From an uncultured virus (IMG/VR IMGVR_UViG_3300026116_000037) (taxonomy: Duplodnaviria > Heunggongvirae > Uroviricota > Caudoviricetes): a stretch of DNA of 20,000 bases. The notes below the pieces were generated by a model, which was not told the origin of the DNA, ran no database searches, and saw only the letters and a program-made list of their open reading frames with translations. This document shows positions 1 through 7,258 of the stretch, one piece after another (position 1 is the first letter of the stretch; every line of letters starts with the position of its first letter). The stretch lies in IMG/VR virus record IMGVR_UViG_3300026116_000037; one strand, written 5' to 3'. The position numbers were made by a program, and so were the translations under genes.

Positions 1-171
1 CTCGTGAAGCTCTCTCCCGAGGTCTTCGACGAGATGACGGAGAACGTCCTACGCCGACTCATGGAGCGCAAATTTCCGGAGGTCGCGCCCAACGATATCC
101 GTCAGATTGTGCAGGAATCCAGCGCTCGCGCTGCGTCTGTCGCGATCGAAGACGAGGACGGAGCTGCGTGA
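1..171 (+). CDS. 3' end of upstream gene, probably portal protein (partial)
   Basis: Frame 1 is open from base 1 (LVKLSPEVFDEMTENVLRRLMERKFPEV...EDEDGAA) to TGA at 169-171. The portal identity rests on synteny only (immediately before the gp7/F gene). Confidence 0.5.
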   Translation, partial: LVKLSPEVFDEMTENVLRRLMERKFPEVAPNDIRQIVQESSARAASVAIEDEDGAA

Positions 172-244
172 GCCCGTTCATAATTTACGCCCTAGTCGAT
201 CCCCGCGCGGCTTGGGTCAACCGACGTGCGCGCGAGGCGGCGCT

Positions 245-1282
245 ATGAGTTGTTGCGATTGGGCCCGACGAGGCTCGTGGGCGGCGGAGCAACTCTTAGC
301 CAAGCTCGGGCATCCGATCACTAAATCGTTGGATCCGCTGGATCCTTCCGACTTCGTCCTGATCTCCGTGCGCTTAGCGCGCGCCCTGCGCGGCGCCGCC
401 ATCGGCACCGAGGGCGCGACTATCAAAGCGGCCATAGAGGCGCTTGATGTCGACTGGCCCACCATCTCCGAGGACCGACGCGACCAAATCATCGCGGCCG
501 CGCGCGCTGAGGTGGCCGGTCTCGCCGTCCGCGTTCCGCCTTTGGTCGAGCCCATCCTCGAACGGTCGGCGTCGAGTCTAGTTCCGCTCACCCGCAAGGC
601 GGCGATCAGTCTGTACGATCTGAACCTGGAGCAGTCCGCTGAATGGGCGGCCAGTCTAGTCGAATCTCTTCGAGATAGTCAGATGGTCTATGTGAAATCG
701 CAGTTTGATACCCGCGCCACGCTTTTCGACTCGGCTGCAAAGGACGTCGTCCGCTCCGGCCTGGAGAGCGGGCTGGGCCGCGACGACATCAGTGAGGCCC
801 TCTCGACAAAGTTGACTCCGCTGGGTGTCGAGCGCGGGACCGACTACTGGAACTTGATCGCCACGGACTTTTCTAACAAGACTCGCACCACGTCCCAGCT
901 CAGCACTTTTTCGGACGCCGGTGTTAAGCGCTACAAATATGACGCCGTGATGGATCAGGCGACTAGCGAATTTTGCCGCCTTCTCAATGGGCGAGTTTTT
1001 TCCGTGGAGAAGGCGCGCAAACGAACTTATCAAGCGCTAGCGCTTCGCGATCCGGAAGAGATCCGGGACGCTATGCCGTGGGTGCAACAAAGCGGCTCGC
1101 GTCTCTATTTTCGTCGCGGCGGCGAGCAACATCCCGTTGCGCACGTCGATAGTCCTGGAGTCGGATCGCTGGACAATCCGGGAAATTATTCCGACGTCAT
1201 GTCTAACAAACAGTTGGAAGCGGCGGGCGTAACAGTTCCTCCGCGACACGGTCACTGCCGTTCAACGATCACCGCCGTTTGA
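245..1282 (+). CDS. Head morphogenesis / minor head protein, SPP1 gp7 / Mu gpF family
   Basis: Family motifs YKYDAVMDQATSEFCRLLNGRVF and C-terminal PPRHGHCRSTI (cf. PPxHPNCRC). ATG at 245 has GAGG upstream. The track's start at 107 overlaps the previous gene. Confidence 0.88.
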   Translation: MSCCDWARRGSWAAEQLLAKLGHPITKSLDPLDPSDFVLISVRLARALRGAAIGTEGATIKAAIEALDVDWPTISEDRRDQIIAAARAEVAGLAVRVPPLVEPILERSASSLVPLTRKAAISLYDLNLEQSAEWAASLVESLRDSQMVYVKSQFDTRATLFDSAAKDVVRSGLESGLGRDDISEALSTKLTPLGVERGTDYWNLIATDFSNKTRTTSQLSTFSDAGVKRYKYDAVMDQATSEFCRLLNGRVFSVEKARKRTYQALALRDPEEIRDAMPWVQQSGSRLYFRRGGEQHPVAHVDSPGVGSLDNPGNYSDVMSNKQLEAAGVTVPPRHGHCRSTITAV

Positions 1283-1312
1283 AAACAGAAACAACGAAAG
1301 GCACACAAACAA

Positions 1313-1630
1313 ATGCACGTCATCGGCAAGAAGGAAACGATCCTCAGTCTCTTCCCTCCCGGTCCGGATCTCGGCCGACTTACCAACGGCGTGACGGCCG
1401 CTGTTCACCGCAGCTTCGAACAGCAGAGCATGCGCAATCCTACGAACGACGAGGTAAAGCGGCGCTTCGAAATCTGCGTGAAATGGGCCCTCACGTTCCG
1501 AGGGGAGTTGAAGTGGGGGATCCAAAGGATTGTTGACGAATTGGATAACGTCTTGCGATCGGAGTTGCTCGGCACGCCGTACCAAGTTCCAACACGGCAA
1601 TGCTGGATTCCGAGCGACGGGGCGATTTAA
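1313..1630 (+). CDS. Hypothetical protein (105 aa)
   Basis: ATG preceded by an A/C-rich leader with AAAGG. It fills the gap between genes, has globular-looking composition, and matches no family I recognise. Confidence 0.7.
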   Translation: MHVIGKKETILSLFPPGPDLGRLTNGVTAAVHRSFEQQSMRNPTNDEVKRRFEICVKWALTFRGELKWGIQRIVDELDNVLRSELLGTPYQVPTRQCWIPSDGAI

Positions 1631-1651
1631 GCCCTAAACTTTCCGGCCACC

Positions 1652-1660
1652 TGTTAAGCT
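1652..1660 (+). promoter_or_regulatory. Putative extended -10 promoter element (TGTTAAGCT)
   Basis: Matches TGnTAnnnT in an AT-richer intergenic gap about 45 nt upstream of the 1705 ATG. Similar motifs recur in other gaps. Confidence 0.5.
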
Positions 1661-1704
1661 AATGGCTCTGAACCGCGAATTCACCAATCGGGAGACCTGA
1701 ACAC

Positions 1705-2640
1705 ATGGACAAGTTTTCGTATCTGAATCAGATTCGCGGCATCGCCAAGGCGAAGCGCGATCAGTTGTGCCCCCCGCAGACCGCGACCCTGGTGAAGGCC
1801 GGCAAGCTGCTCGCTCAGCTGACCGCCGCCTCCGGGCAGTGCGAGGCCATGGGGCATCCGCTCTCGAAGGAGTTCCGGAAGACCTTGGCCGAGGTGATCC
1901 GCGACATGCGGTCGTTCCAGTCCGGCTACGCCTCGAACGATCCGAGCCAGCAGATCGACGACCTGGCCGCCGCGCCCGCGTTCGCCGAGACGAACACCGT
2001 CAAGGTGGACTCCGCCGAGAAGCGCGTCACGGTCGCCGAGTTCGGCGTCTACTCGCTCAACCTGATCAAGTCGGTCGAGGGACTCGACGTCCCCGAGGCG
2101 CTGGCCAGCCTGGACGCGTTCCTTGCCCTCGTGGACAAGGCCATCCTCGACGCGGACGTCTCCGGCGTCCTGCTCCCGGCCCAGAACGATCCGGCTCAGG
2201 TCAAGACGACCGTGAGCAACGGCGCGGTGACCAGCCTCGCGGGCGGCACCTCGGCTCCGTCGACGGCCTCCTCGAACTTCGCGACGAACCCCGAGGCGGC
2301 CAACGGCGCGCCTCCCTCTTCCATGCCCGCCAGCACTGGCGCCGCAGCGGCCGCAGCGGCTTCGAACACCGTGACGGATCCGACCGTGGTTCCGGCCCCG
2401 GCCGGCCCCGGCCCGGCCGCCAGCACCGGCAACGTGGCCACCGCGGCCACCGCGGCGGGCGGCGGAGACACGCAGGCCTTCAAGGCGGCCACGGCGCCCG
2501 CGGCCGAGCCCACGCCCGAGGAGATCGCCAAGGCAGCGGCCGGCGCCTCGAACCCGGTCGGCTGGACCCGCGACCTGAACACCCGCGAGTTCATGACCGG
2601 CAAGCGTCGTGTGGATTTCGGTAAGGACGGCAGCAAGTAA
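1705..2640 (+). CDS. Hypothetical head-associated protein (311 aa): helical N-domain, Ala/Thr/Pro-rich linker, C-terminal VGWTRDLN motif
   Basis: GGAG Shine-Dalgarno at 1691-1694. Very strong G/C third-position bias like the capsid gene. Lies among the head genes. Confidence 0.85.
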   Translation: MDKFSYLNQIRGIAKAKRDQLCPPQTATLVKAGKLLAQLTAASGQCEAMGHPLSKEFRKTLAEVIRDMRSFQSGYASNDPSQQIDDLAAAPAFAETNTVKVDSAEKRVTVAEFGVYSLNLIKSVEGLDVPEALASLDAFLALVDKAILDADVSGVLLPAQNDPAQVKTTVSNGAVTSLAGGTSAPSTASSNFATNPEAANGAPPSSMPASTGAAAAAAASNTVTDPTVVPAPAGPGPAASTGNVATAATAAGGGDTQAFKAATAPAAEPTPEEIAKAAAGASNPVGWTRDLNTREFMTGKRRVDFGKDGSK

Positions 2641-2652
2641 GGTCCCACTTCG

Positions 2653-3441
2653 GTGAGCGTCGACTATAACAAAGGCGATGTTTCGTTCGTGCGGATGATG
2701 ATTCCGCACCACGAAACCGCCGTGTCGGCGGCCGCAGCGGAATTCAAAAGCGCTTCCAGCCCCGAGATCAAGGAGTTGGCGCGAAACATTCTAGCTGGGC
2801 AACAGGTCGAGATCGCGCAGATGAAGACTTGGCTCAACCTACGCGGACTTGCGGAAGCGGATCCAGACGACGCCACTGAAGAGGAGACTACAATGCGGAA
2901 GGCCGACGGGGTGCTCGACGCCGACACCGCCCGGATCATCCGGGCGGCGGCCGGCGTCGGGCCCGACGAGCAGATCGAGATCTTCGAGATCCGCGAAGAG
3001 ATCACCGAAGGCGCGGCCATCGTCGGCAAAGGCGCCGAGCCCAGCGTCACCCGCGTGATCAAAGGCGTTCTTCCGGCGGAGGAGCGCTTCGTTTTGGGGA
3101 TCGTGCTGGAGCCGACGCTCGAAATGGGTCAGCCGGACTCGCAAAACGACGTCTATTCAGCGGCGGAAATTGAAAAGGCCGCCCACAACTGGATGCAGCG
3201 CTACAAACAACTCGGCGTCCAGCACAAAGAAAAAGCCGACAACAGGATCGAAATTCTCGAATCGTACATCCAGCGCGGAGATACGGTCGTCAACGGACAG
3301 ATCGTCAAATCCGGGACGTGGTGCATGGCCGTTCGGGTGGTCGATGATCAGCTTTGGGCGGACGTGAAGGCCGGCAATTTCACCGGGTTCTCAATCGGCG
3401 GAATGGCCAATCGACAGCCCGTCGAATCAACGACCGCCTAA
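2653..3441 (+). CDS. DUF305 (CopM/ferritin-like half domain) fused to XkdF-like prohead serine protease (peptidase S78-related)
   Basis: N-terminus DVSFVRMMIPHHETAV...EIKELARNILAGQQVEIAQMKTWL is the DUF305 pattern. C-terminus FVLGIVLEP..DSQND...EIEKAAHNW...QH...ILESYI...VKSGTW...LWADVKAGNFTGFSIGG matches XkdF-type proteases. An alternative in-frame ATG at 2893 has GAGGAG. Confidence 0.88.
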   Translation: MSVDYNKGDVSFVRMMIPHHETAVSAAAAEFKSASSPEIKELARNILAGQQVEIAQMKTWLNLRGLAEADPDDATEEETTMRKADGVLDADTARIIRAAAGVGPDEQIEIFEIREEITEGAAIVGKGAEPSVTRVIKGVLPAEERFVLGIVLEPTLEMGQPDSQNDVYSAAEIEKAAHNWMQRYKQLGVQHKEKADNRIEILESYIQRGDTVVNGQIVKSGTWCMAVRVVDDQLWADVKAGNFTGFSIGGMANRQPVESTTA

Positions 3442-3502
3442 TATATCGAATTCAACCAACGACGCTTTGCCGCGCCTACCGGCGCTAGACTGAGGAGACA
3501 TC

Positions 3503-4741
3503 ATGCCCCGTTTGACGAGCATCCATAAGAACGCTTCCGCTTCGGTGGCCGCGGTCGCCAAAGACGGTGATGCCGATGGCGTCCACGAGCTGACGGATCT
3601 GCGCGTTCACGAGGTATCGATCGTCGACGCCGCCGCCAACCGCCGCAAGTTCCTCGTGACGAAGCAGCGCGAAGCGACGGATCCGAATGATCGCGCCGCC
3701 GTCGCGGCGAAGATGCAGGCGAAGGCGGCCTCCGGCAAAGTGTTGCCGGGCGCCGAGCTGGACGCGGCGGATGCCGGCGCGCCAGCCGTCAAAGCGGACG
3801 CCCCCGCCGCCGTCGCGGCCCCCGCCGCCGTCGCGGCCCCCGCCGCCGCCGTCGCGGCCCCCGCCGCCGTCGCGGCCCCCGCCGCCGTCGCGGCCCCCGC
3901 CCAGAAGGCCGGCGACGTTACGCCGCTGCCGCCCGCGAGCGCCGGAAACGCCGTCGCCGCCGTCGAGGCCCTGAACAAGTCGATCGAGGTGGACGTGGTT
4001 CCGCAGCTCGACGGCTCGATCGCCATCGCGGTTTCGGACACCACGCCGGCCCCGACCAGCAACGCGCCAGCCGAGGTTCAGGACAAGATCAAGCTCGCAG
4101 TCATGGGCGGGATCGATGCGATCATTGCTCGGCTCCAGACGCTCAGCGCCGCAGTCGCGGCCTCGAAGGGGACGTGGAGCGATTCCGGCGTGCCACAGGA
4201 GCTTTACGGCCTCTGGTACATCCGGGACATGATCTCGGCGCTCTACGATATCGGCGGCCCGAGCTGGGAGATCGAGGCGGCCGCCGATGCCGCGATCGAG
4301 GGCGCCGGCAACTCGATCGAGATGGCGAAGGCGCAGCACAAGGCGATCACCGCCTCCCACGTGGGCAAGCTCATGGGCACGCACCGCGCCCTGAAGTTCT
4401 GCGCCGCGGATCTGGGCTCTCTGTTGAAGCAGCTTCAGGGCGTCGTTGCGGTTGCGGCCGCCGCCGAGCCGGCGAAGACCGAGAAGGCCGCCGACGCGAT
4501 CGATATCTTTTCCGATCCTCGCGTCGTCGAGATGCAGAAAGCCGCAACGGAATCGGCGAAGGTGATCGCGGCATTGCGCGCCACCGTCAACGAACAGGCC
4601 GCCACAATCGCGAAGGCCCGCAATTCCGTTGCGCCTTCCAATTCCTTTTCGAACAACCCGACCCGCCCCACCGAAAAAACTGCTACTGTTAGTTGGCCAA
4701 GGGATCTCGCCGCGACCGGGCCGACGTCCCGTAAATTCTAA
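3503..4741 (+). CDS. Scaffold-like head protein carrying the protease 'EVSxVxxxAN' strand at its N-terminus
   Basis: GAGGAG Shine-Dalgarno. HELTDLRVHEVSIVDAAANRRKFLVTK resembles the XkdF N-terminal segment. Ala-rich low-complexity middle, predicted C-terminal coiled coil, directly upstream of the capsid gene. Confidence 0.8.
   Translation: MPRLTSIHKNASASVAAVAKDGDADGVHELTDLRVHEVSIVDAAANRRKFLVTKQREATDPNDRAAVAAKMQAKAASGKVLPGAELDAADAGAPAVKADAPAAVAAPAAVAAPAAAVAAPAAVAAPAAVAAPAQKAGDVTPLPPASAGNAVAAVEALNKSIEVDVVPQLDGSIAIAVSDTTPAPTSNAPAEVQDKIKLAVMGGIDAIIARLQTLSAAVAASKGTWSDSGVPQELYGLWYIRDMISALYDIGGPSWEIEAAADAAIEGAGNSIEMAKAQHKAITASHVGKLMGTHRALKFCAADLGSLLKQLQGVVAVAAAAEPAKTEKAADAIDIFSDPRVVEMQKAATESAKVIAALRATVNEQAATIAKARNSVAPSNSFSNNPTRPTEKTATVSWPRDLAATGPTSRKF
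3800..3901 (+). repeat. In-frame tandem repeat, 18-bp unit GCCCCCGCCGCCGTCGCG x5 plus a partial unit (third copy has an extra GCC), encoding (APAAVA)n
   Basis: Directly visible. Copies are identical at DNA level. Confidence 0.95.
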
Positions 4742-4784
4742 ACCGCAACCAAACCAAGACACCGACCAAGGAGATTCGAACACC

Positions 4785-5720
4785 ATGCTCACCAATGACT
4801 CCATTCTGCAAAAGGCCGACATGGCGTTGTCGGATCTCACCACGGGCGGGTTGCTCCTGCCGGCGCAGGCTCAGAACTTCATCCGCGTCCTGATCGACGA
4901 GGCCGTGATGCTGAAGATGGCGACCGTGACTCCGATGCGGTCGCAGAAGCAGCGCATGGAGAAGATCAAGTTCGGTTCGCGCATCCTGCGCAACGGAACC
5001 TCCGGCGTCGCGCTGTCCGAGGCCGACCGCTCGAAGCCGGACACGGGCCAGGTCGAGTTGGACACCAAGCTGTTCAAGGCCGAGGTCCGGCTGAACAACG
5101 AGGTGTTGGAGGATTCGATCGAGCGTCAGGATCTCCGTCAGACGATCCTCACCCTCATGGCCGAGCGCATCGCGGTCGACATGGACGAGGTGATCGTCAA
5201 GGGTGACACCACGTCGCCGGATCCGTTCCTGGCGCAGTTCAACGGCCTGCTCGCGTCGATCTCGACGCACACGGTGGACCACGCCGCCGCGACGGCCAAC
5301 CGCACCCTCTGGAAGAACATGCTCAAGGCCATGCCTTCGGCGTTCCTCCGCAACAAGAAGGCGCTCCGGTTCCTGACCTCGGTCGACGCCGAGATCGATT
5401 ACCGCGACTCGCTCGCGGACCGCGCGACCGCCAACGTGGGCGATCGCTTCGTGGAGCAGGACGCCCCCTCGATGTATTCGGGCGTGCCGGTCTCCAGCGT
5501 TCCGGTGTTCCCCGAGAACATCGGCACGGGCTCGCACTGCACGGACGCGGTGCTGATCGACCCGAAGAACATCAACGTCGGCGTGTGGCGGGACATCGCC
5601 ATCGAGACCGACAAGCTGGTCTCCGAGGGCGTGCTCTTGGTGGTCGCCACCATCCGCTTCGACATGAAGCTGATCGAGGAGACCGCGGCCGTCAAGGGCA
5701 TCAACATCAGCGTGACCTAA
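4785..5720 (+). CDS. Major capsid protein, PBSX XkdG-like (HK97 fold), 311 aa
   Basis: ILQKADMALSDLTTGGLLLPAQAQNFIR, EKIKFGSRILR, MAERIAVDMDEVIVKGDT..DPFLAQFNG and LIDPKNINVG closely follow Bacillus XkdG as I recall it. AAGGAG at 4768-4773 places the start at ATG 4785 rather than 4629. Confidence 0.95.
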   Translation: MLTNDSILQKADMALSDLTTGGLLLPAQAQNFIRVLIDEAVMLKMATVTPMRSQKQRMEKIKFGSRILRNGTSGVALSEADRSKPDTGQVELDTKLFKAEVRLNNEVLEDSIERQDLRQTILTLMAERIAVDMDEVIVKGDTTSPDPFLAQFNGLLASISTHTVDHAAATANRTLWKNMLKAMPSAFLRNKKALRFLTSVDAEIDYRDSLADRATANVGDRFVEQDAPSMYSGVPVSSVPVFPENIGTGSHCTDAVLIDPKNINVGVWRDIAIETDKLVSEGVLLVVATIRFDMKLIEETAAVKGINISVT

Positions 5721-5733
5721 TTAGGTCGCGAGG

Positions 5734-5776
5734 CGCTCCGGGGCTCACCCAATCGGGTCCGGCCCCGGAGCGTTTT
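5734..5776 (+). terminator. Intrinsic terminator after major capsid gene
   Basis: 11-bp stem CGCTCCGGGGC (5734-5744)/GCCCCGGAGCG (5762-5772) with inner ACCC/GGGT pairing, followed by TTTT. Confidence 0.75.
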
Positions 5777-5832
5777 CAACCCTTCAAGTTTTCGTTTTTC
5801 AACTCGTACGTTTTCGGATAGGAGATCAAATC

Positions 5833-6144
5833 ATGGCGCTCGGAACGATGACCAGCATTTCGGCGAAGGCCTCCGTCGGCCCCGTTTTCCACGACCGAGT
5901 TTCTCAGGTGGGCGACGGCGCTTACACCTCGACCGGAACCACCGGCCTTCTGGCCAAGCTGCGCGCCCTCCGTGGGGATCAGCGCGCGATCATCTCCGTC
6001 ACTGACTACAGCGTCGGCGCGAATTACTGCGTCTACAACCCGGCGACGGACAAGCTCAAGGTCTACGTCCGCACCACGGGCGTGGAGCTGGCCGACGGTT
6101 CCGACTCCGGGAGCACCTACCTCCTGCACATCGTCTCCGAGTAA
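5833..6144 (+). CDS. Small beta-rich virion protein, probable capsid decoration protein (103 aa)
   Basis: GGAG Shine-Dalgarno, immediately downstream of the capsid gene, high GC3, Gly/Ser/Thr-rich. Function inferred from position. Confidence 0.7.
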   Translation: MALGTMTSISAKASVGPVFHDRVSQVGDGAYTSTGTTGLLAKLRALRGDQRAIISVTDYSVGANYCVYNPATDKLKVYVRTTGVELADGSDSGSTYLLHIVSE

Positions 6145-6202
6145 TCGGGGATACGGCACGCCTTCCACGACCTTCACACGAAAGAACCTGGAGAATTTCA
6201 TC

Positions 6203-6625
6203 ATGTTGATCCCAACGAAGTTCGAGGCGGGCGCGATCAACGACGCGGCCACGTCGACGCAGCTTTTCCGCGACATCGCCGACGATCTGGCGGCGGTCGC
6301 GGGCGCGCTCAATGGCGTGACGGCAGCGGCGGCGGCAGTCACCGCGGTCGCCGACGTGGCGGCCGTGGCGGCTGCGGCCCCGGCGGCGGCGGTTGTCGCC
6401 GACGCCAACGAGAGCACCGAGGCCGGTGCCGGGGCCCTGGCCAACGAGCTGAAGGCGAAATACAACGTGATGGTCACGGCCGTAGCGGAGCTGCGCACCC
6501 TGGCCGGCACCGTTCGCTCCTTGGTGAACGACATCAAGGCCAAGTACAACGCGAGCGTGACCCTCCAGAACGAGCTTCGCTCGGACGCCCCCTCGTCGGC
6601 GACCCTGAAGACCACGAACGCGTAA
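6203..6625 (+). CDS. Head fibre/decoration-like coiled-coil protein (140 aa)
   Basis: GGAG at 6190-6193 before ATG 6203. Internal repeat LANELKAKYN / LVNDIKAKYN with heptad character, plus an Ala/Val-rich linker. Confidence 0.7.
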   Translation: MLIPTKFEAGAINDAATSTQLFRDIADDLAAVAGALNGVTAAAAAVTAVADVAAVAAAAPAAAVVADANESTEAGAGALANELKAKYNVMVTAVAELRTLAGTVRSLVNDIKAKYNASVTLQNELRSDAPSSATLKTTNA

Positions 6626-6675
6626 TCGTTTGGGCTGGCGCCCCCTCTTAGCGGCGCCGTTTGGAACTAACTTTG

Positions 6676-6699
6676 GGCCGCCCTTCGGGGCGGCCTTTT
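6676..6699 (+). terminator. Intrinsic terminator
   Basis: GGCCGCCC-TTCG-GGGCGGCC-TTTT: perfect 8-bp stem, cUUCGg tetraloop and U tract. Confidence 0.9.
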
Positions 6700-6730
6700 G
6701 TTATCTGGGCGCCCGGCGCATTGTTGTCCG

Positions 6731-6739
6731 TGTTAATGT
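6731..6739 (+). promoter_or_regulatory. Putative extended -10 element (TGTTAATGT)
   Basis: TGnTAnnnT in an AT-rich gap, downstream of a terminator and upstream of ORF 6788. Confidence 0.5.
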
Positions 6740-6787
6740 ATATTGAATCGGTTCGATATACATTCCCACGAAAGGCAACAGAGACCA

Positions 6788-7258
6788 ATGGCAAACGAGA
6801 AGGCCCGCACCGACAAAGATGAAACGTTCCTCGTGCGTTTGAAGCCGCGCGACGTTCGCAAGGGCTACTTGATGGGCAGCTACACCGTTTTCGGGATCCG
6901 CTTCTTGGAGTCGCGAGGCTGGCACCGCGTCAAGCGGACCTTGGTCACGGCGAGCAACAAAGACGCCGGCAAGACGATCAGCGTCGACTTGATCGATTAT
7001 CTGTCGAAGGTTCACCAGAAGAACGACAATCCCGAAAGCCCTCTCGCGTTCGACATTTGCACCGAGGCCGAGGCGCGGGAGATCGACAAGAAGGAACGGC
7101 GCGCGAAGGCGGCCAAGAAGACCGCCACGGCTCGGGATCCGTTCGACGTCAGCAGCGGCGCGAACGATCTGAGCGTCGAGGATCTCAACGGCGGACGCTC
7201 GGACGATGACGAGGAGGACGACGAGGAAGAGGAGGAGCGTCCCGCGCGAAGGCGCTAA
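6788..7258 (+). CDS. Hypothetical protein (156 aa) with basic segment and acidic C-terminal tail
   Basis: ATG 6788 in frame with the track ORF. Ends DDDEEDDEEEEERPARRR. Confidence 0.8.
   Translation: MANEKARTDKDETFLVRLKPRDVRKGYLMGSYTVFGIRFLESRGWHRVKRTLVTASNKDAGKTISVDLIDYLSKVHQKNDNPESPLAFDICTEAEAREIDKKERRAKAAKKTATARDPFDVSSGANDLSVEDLNGGRSDDDEEDDEEEEERPARRR

Noticed and set aside
245..1282. MuF-fused polymorphic toxin
   Set aside because: The protein ends right after the HxxCRS motif, leaving no C-terminal toxin domain.
1767..2624. Overlapping alternative-frame + strand ORFs (also 4174-4692, 12009-12590, 17806-18333)
   Set aside because: Arg/Pro-rich off-frame products expected at this GC content, with no translation signals.
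3439..3502. Sequencing frameshift or read-through joining protease and scaffold
   Set aside because: TAA at 3439, a further stop (TGA 3491) in the downstream frame, a 61-nt gap and a strong Shine-Dalgarno indicate two genuine genes.
3800..3901. Possible CRISPR-like array
   Set aside because: Head-to-tail repeats without spacers, in frame inside a CDS, and no cas genes.
4629..4784. Longer N-terminus for the capsid (similarly upstream starts at 107, 5972, 6743, 10629, 13119, 16613)
   Set aside because: These overlap upstream genes or promoter regions. Downstream ATGs have Shine-Dalgarno/promoter support and match family N-termini.
2653..5720. Bona fide encapsulin operon with ferritin-like cargo
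   Set aside because: The shell protein is XkdG-like and sits in a complete phage morphogenesis cluster. Only the cargo-loading analogy is retained.
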